Source: Mustelus asterias (lineage: Eukaryota). Taken from it: a stretch of DNA of 64,000 nt. This document shows positions 1 through 11,689 of the stretch, piece by piece. Under the pieces are notes generated by a model that had not been told where the DNA came from, did no database searches, and was given only the letters and a program-made list of their open reading frames with translations. Location: assembly GCF_964213995.1 (NCBI RefSeq), contig NC_135824.1, positions 7,378,001 to 7,442,000 on the forward strand, in the 5' to 3' direction. Each line of letters begins with the position of its first letter. The stretch's first letter is position 1. Both the position numbers and the translations under genes were made by a program.

Positions 1-125
1 GGTCCTGTCCAGCAGAGCTGGGTTTGAGTGGTTAGCACCTTGATGCTGGGCATGTTGGGTTGGGAGAAGGCGCTGCTGTTGGACCAGCCTTCTTGCCACT
101 GGATTTGAAGGATCTTGCAGAGGTC
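1..125 (-). mobile_element. RTE-clade LINE fragment
   Basis: Minus strand reads LCKILQIQWQEGWSNSSAFSQPNMPSIKVLTTQTQLCWTG, like the RTE post-RT motif LRxILxIxWQD...QLRWAGH. Similar to the copy near 63245. Confidence 0.65.
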
Positions 126-129
126 CCAC

Positions 130-240
130 ATGAAAATGCAAATGGGGCCTCGGATTAAAATGTCTCATCTCAAGGATTACACGGTGGACACTGCAGCACT
201 GAATGCAAGTGTCAGTGAGATTACGTGCTCAAGTCTCTGA
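130..240 (-). mobile_element. DeuSINE (SacSINE1-like) fragment
   Basis: Reverse complement resembles the Deu-core at 38640-38730. Confidence 0.45.
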
Positions 241-609
241 GAACAAAAACAAACGAGAATAAACCAAATACAGCAATCAAAATGTAATAAAACAACAATC
301 TCAAACAGACAATTATCTCAAACATTGCCACAAACTTGCACCGTTCGTCTTGAAGTTACTCACTCTCAGTGGCAAAGAAGTATCGTCTATTTATTCATTT
401 TATTGAGGCTTGAATCAATGTCTGCAAACTTCTGGGGCAGTATGTAAGAAATAACAGCTAACAGTTATTCCACATAGAACAAAGAACTGTACGGCACAGG
501 AACAGGTTCTTCGGCCCACCAAGCCGACACATGACACCTTTCTAAACTAAAGGCTTTTTGCCTCTACGTGATCTGTATCCCTCTACTCCCTGCCCATTCA
601 TGTATTTCC

Positions 610-1095
610 AGTAAGAAGTCTCACAACACCAGGTTAAAGTCCAACAGGTTTATTTGGTAGCACAAGCCACTAGCTTTCGGAGCGTCGCTCCTTCATCAGG
701 TAAGTGGGAGTTCTGTTCACAAACAGGGCATATAAAGACACAAACTCAATTGACAAAATAATGGTTGGAATGCGAGTCTTTACAGGTAATCAAGTCTTAA
801 AGTTACAGACAATGTGAGTGGAGAGAGGGTTAAGCACAGGTTAAAGAGACGTGTATTGTCTCCAGCCAGGACAGTTAGTGAGATTTTGCAAGCCCAGGCA
901 AGTCATGGGGGTTACAGATAGTGTGACATGAACCCAAGATCCCGGTTGAGGCCGTCCTCATGTGTGCGGAACTTGGCTATCAGACTCTGCTCAGCGACTC
1001 TGCGCTGTCGTGTGTCATGAAGGCCGCCTTGGAGAACACTTACCCAAAGATCAGAGGCCGAATGCCCGTGACCGCTGAATTGTTCCCCAACAGGA
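610..1095 (-). mobile_element. Penelope-like element family A, 3' fragment (GIY-YIG C-terminus plus terminal repeat)
   Basis: PVGEQFSGHGHSASDL...RRVAEQSLIAKFRTHEDGLNRDLGFMSHY; nearly identical to 9569-10050. Confidence 0.85.
668..702 (-). ncRNA. Minimal type-I hammerhead ribozyme motif (Penelope family A)
   Basis: Minus strand: UAC CUGAUGA A GGAGC-GAC-GCUCC GAAA GC UA GUG. Intact core, 5-bp stem II, palindromic AGCU in place of stem III. Confidence 0.7.
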
Positions 1096-1737
1096 ATGTA
1101 TCTGTCAAGATGCCTCTTAAACGTTGCTATTGTATCTGCTTTTACCACATCCTCTGTCAACACATTCCAGGCACTTACCACCCTCTGTGTAAAAAACTTG
1201 CCTCTCACATCTCCTTTAAACTTTCCCCCTTTTACCCGAAAATTATGTCCTCTAGTAATTGATATTTCTATCCTATTCAAACTAATTCTTAAAACCTGTT
1301 TTGTTTTGTGTGTAACAAGCTCAATGCCTCGTCACCTGAACCTTCCCTTATGGCTCCCACTATTTTCACTGGTGAATGACTGAATCTCATTGGCTAAGTA
1401 AAAATGACCTTGTAGCTATTGAATTGTCATGAAAATCTAAGTGAATAAATCGTTCCCTGTCGATTAAGAAACCCACTGTCTTTTGCCAGTTTGCTGTAAA
1501 CGTAACTCTAGACCCACACCAAAACTGTTGACTTTTAACTAATTCCTGAAGTGACCCAGCGAATCATTCAGTCGTACCAAACTGCTACAAAGAATCAAAC
1601 TGCAATAAGAAGTAAGTCCACTGCCACCTCCTCAGGGCACGGAGGAATGGGCAATAACTGCCGGCCTTTCCAACAACCTTGAGTACATTTTTAACATCCA
1701 AAATTCCTACCGATGGCTCTGTGCTGAAATGAAAGGA

Positions 1738-1965
1738 ATCTGAAATAACTCCTCAGAGACCGGTGTCCCTTCACCAAATTCCCTTTATTTACAAAACTCT
1801 AATGCACTCTTTGAATGTTTCAGGTACAAAGTCAAAATCAGGAGTACTAGTAGCCCTGACACGTCCATATTTATGTACAGGTGAGGATCCCTGATTGGGC
1901 AGGCAATTATGACCTCAATCAAGGAGCTCATACTCCAAGAGGCCAACCTCATTGAAGTCATTACA
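1738..1965 (-). mobile_element. Solo-LTR-like repeat (paralog at 20886-21122)
   Basis: Shares atctgaaataa..cccttcacca(a/g)attccc..ggagctcata..ggccaacctc..attgaagtcattaca with the second copy. Minus strand starts TGTAATG and contains AATAAA. Confidence 0.5.
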
Positions 1966-2905
1966 GAACCTAGGCCAGGGGATATCAGGATAAACCAAAT
2001 TTGAAAATATAATGTTGGCTCGATATGTTGAGTTGCATTTAGTGATTTCACCAAGCTGTGCAAACAACCATATTGGAATGCAAAACATTTGATCCAAAGT
2101 AGCTGCAAATCCTTCACAAATTTTTCTCCCTCATCTCCGGAAGGCAGTGACTCATGCTGTAAGAATTCCACAGGCATCTGCAAAGTTCTGATATTGGGTT
2201 TTGTTGGCCTTAAACAAGCTCTGATTATGTGTTGGTTGAGTAACTGTGTCGGGTGGTTACATCCTGATTCAATTCTACCCTCGCTCACCATCTGCACCCT
2301 CCAGTAAGGATTCAGAAACTAGTGGCCAGGGATAGGAAACTTGGTTTGTACTTTCCGCTGCCTAGTCCCCAGAGACCAAAGGTGGGCACTCCCTGCTGAG
2401 ATCATTGAACTCACCACAAGCTGAGGATCTTCCTGGCATCAACCACTCATTCACCACTCCCTTTCCCCAGCCTACTTTCAGTGTCCATTTACATCATTTT
2501 GATGAGTGAATCTATTCGTTACTCAAATGCTCAACTTTTAAGTTACCAATGCAGCTGGTGAGGCGAAACCTCAAGAATGAATGAACAGAAGTTGAAAAAT
2601 TGTCCAGGATCCAGCTCCTGAGTGTCTGTCAGGTGTCTGCGTGCTTTTATGAACCTTCTGAATGTTCTTAGCTTCAGTTTGCAGGCTTTAAAAATTGGAC
2701 CCTCGACACTTAACCTCCATCACACTCTGCTAAAGATCCCCTCTGAAGTCTGCAACTTTAGTTGTGTCAAGATCACTGTGTAGAATATTGATAGACTGAC
2801 TTGAATTCATTGATCCATATCGTAGAATTCTTGACTTAATTAAATGTTTAGAAGCTTTTAGCTAATTAATCTTTAACTCTTGCGTAACCTCCATGCAGAA
2901 TATAT

Positions 2906-3012
2906 ATGGACCGGAATCCTCCGATCTCGTTCGCCCTATCACCACTGCCAGCGAGAATGGAGAATTTGGAGCTGGGCCATTCACTGCAGCGGGACTGGAG
3001 AATTCCAGCCAT
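2906..3012. mobile_element. ~105-bp MITE-like element
   Basis: Imperfect terminal inverted repeats atggaccggaatcctcc ... ggagaattccagccat. Confidence 0.5.
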
Positions 3013-3821
3013 GGTCAAAGAAAGAAACTGGAAAGGTCAGCCTTGAAAGGAAAGACTGCAAAGGTTCAAGCCAATAATGGATAGCAGCTGTCCACCTAAC
3101 TATGGAAACCATCATGATGTCGATAATCCTGGTCTCACCAGCCAACCTTAAAATGGACACTTTGCATATAAGGGTGGGGTCACTAACTGGAAATCCAAGG
3201 GCAATTAGGGATGGGCAATAAATGCTGGCCCAGCCAGCGACAGCCGCATCCCATAAAAATGTAATAAAAATTAAGAGAGGGAATACTGGGTGGTTCTCTT
3301 TCCCCCTTTCAAAGGCACTGAGGCTAATTGCAGAATTTCTGCATCTACCTGTCCCCAGTTGAGATCACCAAACTCAGCCAAGGTTCCCAACAATGTTCCC
3401 TCTAAGCTTCCTGGTCATGTGGCTCCACAACAACCCAAAAGCCCCCATGCGGGTCACACAAAAGTCCTCCCCCCCCCCCCCCCCCCCCCCCCACCCCGGC
3501 CCCCGCCACCCTGTATATAACCACGCCTCAGTAGCACACAAAAATATTAAAGAAACTGCACAAATTGGCCACATGTTACAAAAAAAGGGGTCATATTAGT
3601 TGCAGACTTTAATTCCTGAAGTTTCCAGGGATTGCCCCAGAGCATTCAGCAATTAAATACAAAAGCAAAACTCAAGCGAAAAACGAAAGAAGAAATAATA
3701 CAATTGTATTTTTTTTATTCAATAAAGAATTTCTTTGAACATTTTCATTATTAGTAATAATAATATCCAGAATAGAAGATAAAGACTGTTGGACTGACAG
3801 TCAAATTAATCCAGTCAAATT

Positions 3822-4132
3822 GGGGGCGGCACAGTGGCACAGCGGTTAGCACTGCTGCCCCACAGCGCAAGGGACCCGGGTTCAATTCCCAGCTTGGGTC
3901 ACTGTCTCTGTGGAGTTTGCACATTCTCCCGTGGGTTTCCTCCGGGTGATCCGGTTTCCTCCCAGTCCAAAGATGTGTGGGTTAGGTGGATTGGCCATGC
4001 TAAATTGCCCCTTAGTGTCAGGGGGACTAGCTAGGGTAAATGTAGGGTTATGGGGATAGGACCTGGTTGGGATTGTGGTCGGTGCAGACTCGATGGACCG
4101 AATGCCCTCCTTCTGCACTGTAAGATTCTATG
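3822..4132 (+). mobile_element. HE1-like V-SINE with CR1/HER1-type tail
   Basis: tRNA-like A/B boxes (TGGCACAGCGG, GGTTCAATTCC), V-core gtgggtttcctccgggtg, tail ...ccttctgcactgtaagattctatga. Confidence 0.9.
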
Positions 4133-5724
4133 AATCAGGTAATGACGGGCCTACTCACTTTCTGATTGGCATGGAAACCAGTGTGTCATGAGGATGGAAA
4201 TGTTGGATGGTTAGAACCAGGAAGTTCTGTGATGACATGTCCAGGAATATATCCAACATGAGTTCCTAACCCTAATCGCGACTCAGGCCAGGAATTCAAT
4301 GGGTAACCTCCCTGTCTGGCATTATGACACAGTACCTTATTAGGTGGCATCATTGGAGGCCCAGTTAGTGAATCTCATGTGGTGGAGTCTTATTGTGCCA
4401 ACTAATCAAAAAATCCCATTGCCTTTGCCGCTGAAAGGAGGCTCCCTCCAGAGCAGCTGAATCCTGATACTCATCAAACTTTCCAAAAAAAAGATCAATA
4501 TTATGCTTGGATCGCAATATGAAGTGCAGATGTGAAATGAATCAACACTCTTTGTACCTGCAGATCCCTGTTTATCCTGCAACAGAATCTAAATTAAAGC
4601 AGCATGCTGCACACACTCATTGTTCCACAAGATGTTCAGAATCTTCGTCTCTGATGTACTGCTGATCTCATGCGCCAGTTTGACTTGAAATGTGCGGTGG
4701 TATCCTTAGGTGACAGATTGACAATACAGCAAGTGTTGAAATGTGAAGGATTGGGAGGTAAGTACATCAGGATTATCCATTTGCGTTATATTTGAATCAG
4801 GGTGTCTATATAACTGGAATTAGTAGGAAGTGATTTGGTGGATTGGAATTCTGTACTTGGATCGGAGCTATGCTTGGCCTGGGCACATCAATATGGAATC
4901 AATAGGGTTCCAGCTACAGTTCAAAGTGATTTATTAAAACAATACCCTCATGAACTTAAATTTGAGAAGCATTGTGTTTTTGACAGTGGATCAAAGAGAA
5001 ACGGAAAGAAAGATTTTTGTGTATTTTTCTATCCCACTGCTTTGGCTCCAGGGAATGCTGCCTCCTGCTGGTGTAAGGTTCCACAGTGCCAGCAGTTCCA
5101 CAATACCTCACCCAATGGCCTGTCTCCATGTGTGAGCACCGACAGTGAATCTCAGTATTTTATTCAGTGGAATGGGTCCACATTACTGACGCAAGTGGTC
5201 AGGGCCGGGGAGGTGGAAGGGAGTGTGGATCTTGACAAGGTCTTGAGGTCGAAGGAAGGAAGCCTGGAGCATGAGTTGCCCAAGGTTTCCCTGTGATTTG
5301 TTAATTGGGGAGTTGGTCATGGATGGGGGACATCTTTTAAAAAAAAAATAACTCCTCTCTTCAAGTTACAAAGCCAATGCACAGACTGGACTGGGCAAGA
5401 TCTTAATCCTTCACCTTGCTTGCTCCAAAAACCAATTCAAATTAAAATTGAGTCCAATTCATCGTCTCCACAAGAGAGACATACAAGATCCAAGCTGACA
5501 AGACAAGGGATTGCACCTCATCTTGGTTCTTGAACTGACGCCTGATCTGAGCCAAACTGCCCCAACTCCTCCCATCCCTCCAGGGAACTAAAAACTCCAA
5601 AAAGATCCACTTGCCTTTCTGGGCCTTTCCTGCTCCAGCTCCACTGTTTAGCAGCTAGGCTGTGCCTGAAAACTTCAATGACTGTCGGTGAAAAATTACA
5701 GTCAGGAGTGACATGGTTACTGAG

Positions 5725-6050
5725 TGGGGTGACACAGTAGCACAGTGGTTAGCACTGCTGCCTCACAACGCCAGGGACCGGGGTTCGATTCCTGGCTTGG
5801 GTTACTGTCTGTGTGGATTTTGCACATTTTCCCTGTGTCTGTGTGGGTTTTCTTTGGGTGCTCCAGTTACCTCCCACAGTCCAAAAATGTGCGGGTTAGG
5901 TGGATTAGCCATGCTAAATTGCCCCTTGGTGTCAGGGGGGCTAGCAAGGGTAACTGCATGGGGTTATGAGGATAGGGCCTGGGTGGGATTGTGGTTGGTG
6001 CAGATTCGATAGGCCAAATGACCTCCTTCTGCACTGTAGGATTCTATGGT
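5725..6050 (+). mobile_element. HE1-like V-SINE with CR1/HER1-type tail
   Basis: Same head, core and tail as 3822-4132. Confidence 0.9.
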
Positions 6051-6673
6051 TGTGAGGTAACACAAGAGCCTGATAACCCTCGACAGCAAGAGCAGACGCA
6101 TTTTCCAGTCATGTGGGTCAGTGTTCAGGACTAGGTGCAATATTTAATGTGTAGCCTGACTGGAAGATTCCAAAGTTTGATAGCTACCCATTCTATGATT
6201 CCGACTTGACATTCAAAAAATACTCTTGAATCAGGAAAACTGAAGCGTTAAAAAACTATGTGGCGAGATAAATTGATAAATTCCCTTTTTATTTACTTTC
6301 TCCCGTCTTCTCCTCATCTTTAATAAGGCTGCAGGCATGTCCCTGGATAAAGTTCCATCGACATCATGTCCAAATGACCATTTTCATCTGTGCAGCACAG
6401 AATAGTTTAGCCACGTTTCAGTTATCGAGTGCAGACCTGGGTTCAATCCTCTGGGATTACAATCAGCATCGGCATCCCAAATTAGGAAGTGGAAACTTGG
6501 CTCGGATTCTCACTCCTAACCTCCGTGCAGTGAACCCTTGTATATGGAGACAGAACGGGCTTGGCTATAATGCACTCATTCTCATGATAGAATAGATTGC
6601 TGACTCACTTGCTTCAGCGCAGCAGGAAGGGCATTGAAGTCAGGTCACACTCTGTTCTCTTCCAGACTTCAAT

Positions 6674-6975
6674 GGGCATGGTGGCACAGTGGTTGGCACT
6701 GCTGCCTCACAGCGCCAGGGACCCAGGTTCGATTCCCAGCTTGGATCACTGTCTGTGCGGAATCTGCACTTTCTCCCCGTGTCTGCATGGGTTTCCTCCA
6801 GCTGCTCCTCCCACAGTCTGAAAGACGTGCTGGTTAGGTGCATTGACCATGCTAAATTCTCCCTCAGTGTACCCGAACAGGTGCCGGAGTGTGGTGACGA
6901 GGGGATTTTCACAGTAACTTCATTGCAGTGTTAATGTAAGCCTACTTGTGACTAATAAATAAACTTTACTTTACT
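6674..6975 (+). mobile_element. V-SINE with alternative tail (type B)
   Basis: HE1-like head and core, then ctaaattctccctcagtgtacccgaacagg...gtaagcctacttgtgactaataaataaac. Confidence 0.85.
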
Positions 6976-6984
6976 GTACTTTTA

Positions 6985-7258
6985 CCTGGTTTCGATTCCA
7001 GCCTTGAGTGACAGTCTGTGTGGAGTTTGCACATTTTCCTCGTGATGTGTGGGTTTCCTCCGGGCGCTCTGGTTTCCTCCCACAGTCCAAAGATGTGCGG
7101 GTTAGGTGGATTGGCCATGCTAAATTGCCCAAGATGTGTAGGCTAGGGGGGATTAATGGGGTTATGGGGATAGTGCCTGGGTGAGATGCTCTTCTGGAGA
7201 GTCAGTACAGACTTGACGGGCTGAAAGGCCTCATTCTGCACTGTGGAGATTCTATGAT
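6985..7258 (+). mobile_element. 5'-truncated HE1-like V-SINE
   Basis: Starts at the B box; has V-core and CR1-type tail. Confidence 0.8.
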
Positions 7259-8126
7259 AGTTGCTGTTCCTGAATGAGTTCAGAGACACTGAGGTGAATT
7301 GTAACATTTCTACCGACAACCCAGCTATGGACAGTGAAGTCTTTGTGAATCGCGGATCATGATCTTTACCCAATAAACCATCAGAGAAAATTCCAATGAA
7401 CTGGGACTCTTCTGGTATCTGTGTGTTTCAGTTGCACGCAAGGCAGGAAATTTACAAAATAAAATTTTAGGGAACTTAGGGCCTTTACCGGTATGACAAC
7501 TGATCTGAAATTGTAGGGACTGAGTTATAATGAAGCTTCCGGCAGATATTTGAGAAATTTTAGGAACCAAATAGTCTAGATAATGAAATGTGTATGTTAC
7601 AAGAACAATACAGCCATAAACTCAGCTTTGAACACGACAGATTAGGAACTAGTGCGGAGGGGTAATAGCAGTGCTGGAAATAGCTGCTGCTCTGGGTTAG
7701 GGAGGGGATAATCAGCCAGTGTAATGATCATTAAGTAGGGACTCCTGTTAGAAAGTGTGTGTGAACATGGGTTCATGGGATTGAGCTCAGCTGCAAGGGC
7801 CTTCATTAAAATAATGAGCAGGGGATTATTGTATGCAACACATTTGTCTGCTCCCATCACTGGGAGCCTGTACATGCAAGTTTAGAGCAATGATGCCCAG
7901 AGTGTGGTCCACAGCGATCTCCAGGTGGTTCGCAGGCTGGTCCAAAATGCAAATCATTGAGATGCAGCCATGTGAGAGAACTGGGCAGATCCCTCATCCC
8001 CGCCACTCATGTAACATCAGAGAACCAGACTGGCTCCTGTGTGTGTGGCATGAGTCATGATCAGTGTGAGCGACAGCAATGGATTTTTATAAGCAAGGTT
8101 TATGTTATTATTATAAAACACAGCTG

Positions 8127-8425
8127 TGCGGGAGGATTTTCAATCCCTTTGGGTCCTGAAACATAGAAGAGAAACGGACTGAATGCGAAACCTGACATGA
8201 TACTGAAGATCGCAGCTTGGAACCAGACATTGGCCATTCGTTGGCGGACTCTCTGGTCCCGCTGGCGGTGCACCCTATGCCATGGGTCCCCAGCAGTGTG
8301 GGTGGCTTCAATGGAAATTTCAGTTGACAGTGGTGAGAGCAAAGGATTCCCCGCCAGCGAATCGCAGACGTACTGCCTCCCACAACCAAGAAAAGTGCTG
8401 AGGGGTGGCCAGAGAATCTCATCCA
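8127..8425. mobile_element. Non-autonomous DNA-transposon/MITE-like element
   Basis: GC-richer block with ends gggaggattttc ... gagaatctcatcc, resembling the termini at 34360 and 41620-41633. Confidence 0.4.
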
Positions 8426-9087
8426 TCATCTCATTGGTATCTCATCAAAAGCAGCACCAGTCTCTCCATTAATTGCATTGAGTTATTTGCAGTGGCAAAT
8501 GTCTACAAATAAAGACCATTGGCATCTCTCTCCAGGAGAGAGAGAGTGAGGCAAGAGGTGAGCGTGCTACTGAATGAGTCACAGCTGACACTATCAATGA
8601 TACTCCCAATCTAGCAGCGCAAAGGAAAGCTGATGTTGTGATTTAACGGTAAATTGTTGTGTTTCATTGTGTTGTTAGAGCCTCATAATTTCACTTTGGA
8701 TTACGCTTTTTTTTAGTCCTTTATTCCAAAGGCTCGCGGTCTCATTTGGAATTCTCCCTTGAGGTTGTTCCATGTTTGGGGAAATCTTCTAAAATGTTTT
8801 TCTTTATGGGGATTCCCCTCTTTATTGGAGGAGGAAGCAACTTGAGAAGCCAGGCACAGCTGGAGATCCAGACCGATGGCATCCAGTGTGTGGTCTCCTA
8901 AAAAGCCTTCCTTAATGTGGGCTTGAAAATTACATATAGGAAAACCTCTGTGTTCCAGGGAATATGTGGAGAAGTTCCTGGAGCAGCTACTCACTGCAGA
9001 TTGCTTTTCATTGGAGAGAAGCCCTTTCTGATCATGCTGGATTTTGATTTGATTTGATTTGATTTATTATTGTCACATGTATTAACA

Positions 9088-9265
9088 TGATGTGGAGATG
9101 CCGGCGTTGGACTGGGGTAAATACAGTAAGGAGTCTAACAACACCAGGTTAAAGTCCAACAGGTTTATTTGGTAGAAAACGCCACTAGCTTTCTATGGTG
9201 TTTGCTAATGGCGTTTGCTACCAAATAAACCTGTTGGACTTTAACCTGGTGTTGTTAGACTCCTT
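9088..9265. mobile_element. Hairpin mini-element made of two inverted Penelope-A termini
   Basis: 64-bp arms at 9126-9189 and 9204-9267 (2 mismatches); ACATGTATTAACA duplicated at 9075-9087 and 9266-9278. Confidence 0.8.
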
Positions 9266-9568
9266 ACATGTATTAACAAACAGTGAAAAGTATTGTTTCT
9301 TGCGCACTATACAGACAAAGCATACCGTTCATAGAGAAGGAAACGAGAGAGTGCAGAATGTAGTGTTACAGTCATAGCTAAGATGTAGAGAAAGATCAAC
9401 TTAAAGCAAGGTAGGTTCATTCAAAAGTCTCATGGCAGCAGGGAAGAAGCTGTTCTTGAGTTGGTTGGTACGTGACCTCAGACTTTTGTGGCTTTTCCCC
9501 GACAGAAGAAGGTGGAAGAGAGAATGTCCCGGATGCGTGGGGTCCTTAATTATGCTGGCTGCTTTGCC

Positions 9569-10400
9569 AAGTAAGAAATCTCACAACACCAGGTTAAAGT
9601 TCAACAGGTTTATTTGGCAGCACTAGCTTTCGGAGTCTCAAGCTCCTTCATCAGTTGAGTGAGGAGTTGTGTTCACAAACAGGGCATGTAAAGACACAAT
9701 TTACAAGATAATGGTTGGAATGCGAGTCTTCACAGGTAATCAAGTCTTAAAGGTACAGACAATGTGAGTGGAGAGAGGGCTAAGCACAGGTTAAAGAGGT
9801 GTGTATTGTCTCCAGCCAGGACAGTTAGTGAGATTTTGCAAGCGCAGGCAAGTCGTGGGGGTTACAGATAGTGTGACATGAACCCAAGATCCCGGTTGAG
9901 GCTGTCCTCATGTGTGCGGAACTTGGCTATCAGTTTCTGCTCAGTGATTCTGCGTTGTCGTGTGTCATGGAGGCCGCCTTGGAGAATGCTTACCCGAAGA
10001 TCAGAGGCTGAATGCCCGTGACTGCTGAAGTGTTCCCCGACTGGAAGGGAACACTCCTGCCTGGTGATTGTCGAGCGGTATTCATTCATTCTTGTCGTAG
10101 CGTCTGCATGGTCTCCCCAATGTACCATGTCTCGGGACATCCTTTCCTGCAGCGAACTAGCTAGACAACATTGGCCGAATCGCAAGAGTATGTACCGTAT
10201 ACCTGGTGGATGGTGTTCTCACATGAGATGATGGCATCCGTGTCGATGATCCGGCACATCTTGCAGAGGTTGCTGTGGCAGGGTTGTGTGATGTCATGGT
10301 CACTGTTCTCCTGAAGGCTGGGTAGTTTGCTGCGGAAAATGGTCTGTTTGATGTTGTGTGGTTATTTGAAGGCAAGAAGTGGGGGTGTGGGGATGGCCTG
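9569..10400 (-). mobile_element. Penelope-like element family A, degenerate GIY-YIG endonuclease region plus terminus
   Basis: Minus strand reads NLCKMCRI ... VV*LVRCRKGCPETWYIGET ... PVGEHFSSHGH ... RRITEQKLIAKFRTHEDSLNRD, with stops and frameshifts. Confidence 0.88.
9621..9657 (-). ncRNA. Minimal hammerhead motif (Penelope family A)
   Basis: Minus strand: CAA CUGAUGA A GGAG-cuugaga-CUCC GAAA GC UA GUG. Core intact; stem I has a mismatch. Confidence 0.6.
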
Positions 10401-10579
10401 TTTTGCCGAGGCAGAGGGAATTGTAGACAGTGTCAATGGATGGGAGGCTGGTTTGCGTGATGGATTGGGCTACATTCACAACTTTTGTAGAGTGGCATTC
10501 TACTCTGTCATCATTGCTGCTCCTGGTGCAGACCGACTGAGAGTCTTTCTAGGTCATTAATGTGCTTTACATATTTATT

Positions 10580-10885
10580 GTAAAGTTTATTTATTTATTA
10601 GTCACAAGTAGGCTTACGTCCACAATGTAATGAAGCTGCTGTGACAATCCCCTAGTCGCCACACTCCGACAGCTGTTCGGCTACACTGAGGGAGAATTTA
10701 GTAAAGCCAATGCACCTAACCAGCACATCTTTGGACTGTGGGAGGAAATCGGAGCACCCGGAGGAAACCCATGCAGACACAGGGAGAATGTACAAATGCC
10801 ACACAGGCTGTGACCCAAGCTGGGAATCGAACCCAGGTCCCTTGCGCTGTGAGGCAACAGTGCTAACCACTGTGCTACCGTGCTG
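10580..10885 (-). mobile_element. V-SINE type B
   Basis: Reverse complement of the 6674-6975 type. Confidence 0.85.
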
Positions 10886-11689
10886 CCATCTGCCATCTTT
10901 GCCTGGTCTGGCCTACACATGACTCTGGAGCCACAGCAATGTGGTTGACTTAAAATGCATCCTCAACGGCAATTAGGAATGGGCAATAAATGCCATCCAT
11001 GAAAGAATTTAAAAAAGGTTGAAGATTCTGGGACTATGGTGTCTGGCAGAGGAGTGTACTGCAATAATCTCAATTCCAGGTTTTCTGCATATTAGATAGA
11101 TGCTTCAGAGTCCCTTCCCCAGTTACCGCCAGCTGCTATGTTTGAGTACTGAACTCAACTGAATATTAGAAGAAGGCCTTTGAAATTTTAACATTCGAAA
11201 GTCAGAGATGAGTGCCATCCCTTGCTACTGTCAACCCATTCATCAACAGTTTATGAAACTGGTATATTTTAATGGAATGGTGTGTCAAAACGATTGCTCA
11301 ATTAGGATAGTCACTGCATTTCTGCCCTCTTATCCCCAAATGTATAATGGGTAAAATGGTTTCGAACCAACGATAGTTATCATGTCCTGTGCCAACCAAT
11401 AAATCCTGACAGTTAACTTATTGTTTCAGATGTTTCAGTGAGGGCCTCCTTATCCTGTAACCTGCTTTAACTCAGTACAGCTATATATGGTTTTGATGAT
11501 CTGACTTGTCTTTCTGGATAGTAGCTAAAGCCCCATACCATTTTCTCTGAGAATCCAGTCCTTCCGAGATGTCATTATAATAGTCTGTAGATTGACTGTC
11601 AGGCAAACTATGCTCATAATTACATCCATGAGAATGGGACAGGTTTTAGTGTCCCAAGGTGTCCTTCTATCATTGATTAATGCTGGTCT

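Larger units (their letters stand above)
475..1275 (-). mobile_element. CR1/HER1-like LINE 3' end, split by a Penelope insertion at 610-1095
   Basis: Minus strand encodes TRGHNFRVKGGKFKGDVRGKFFTQRVVSAWN...FKRHLDRY; CR1-type tail at 475-605; ATGTAT is present on both sides of the insert. Confidence 0.85.
9041..10490 (-). mobile_element. Rex1/Babar-like LINE 3' end carrying two nested Penelope-derived insertions
   Basis: (ATTTG)n tail and homology to 53290-53670. Interrupted at 9088-9265 and 9569-10400; TTTGCC is duplicated around the latter. Confidence 0.8.

Noticed and set aside
912-1280. 122-aa ORF that seems to fuse CR1 and GIY-YIG sequence
   Set aside because: Chance in-frame junction created by a nested Penelope insertion into a CR1 tail; no promoter or splice evidence.
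3469-3492. Poly-C/G tracts (also ~15707, ~24453, ~31957, ~61096)
   Set aside because: Simple homopolymers of uncertain assembled length; no evidence of function.
3822-3900. tRNA-like A/B boxes
   Set aside because: SINE heads; no complete cloverleaf, so no tRNA gene is called.
4835-5296. 153-aa ORF
   Set aside because: No recognisable domain, no ATG start and no clear exon signals.
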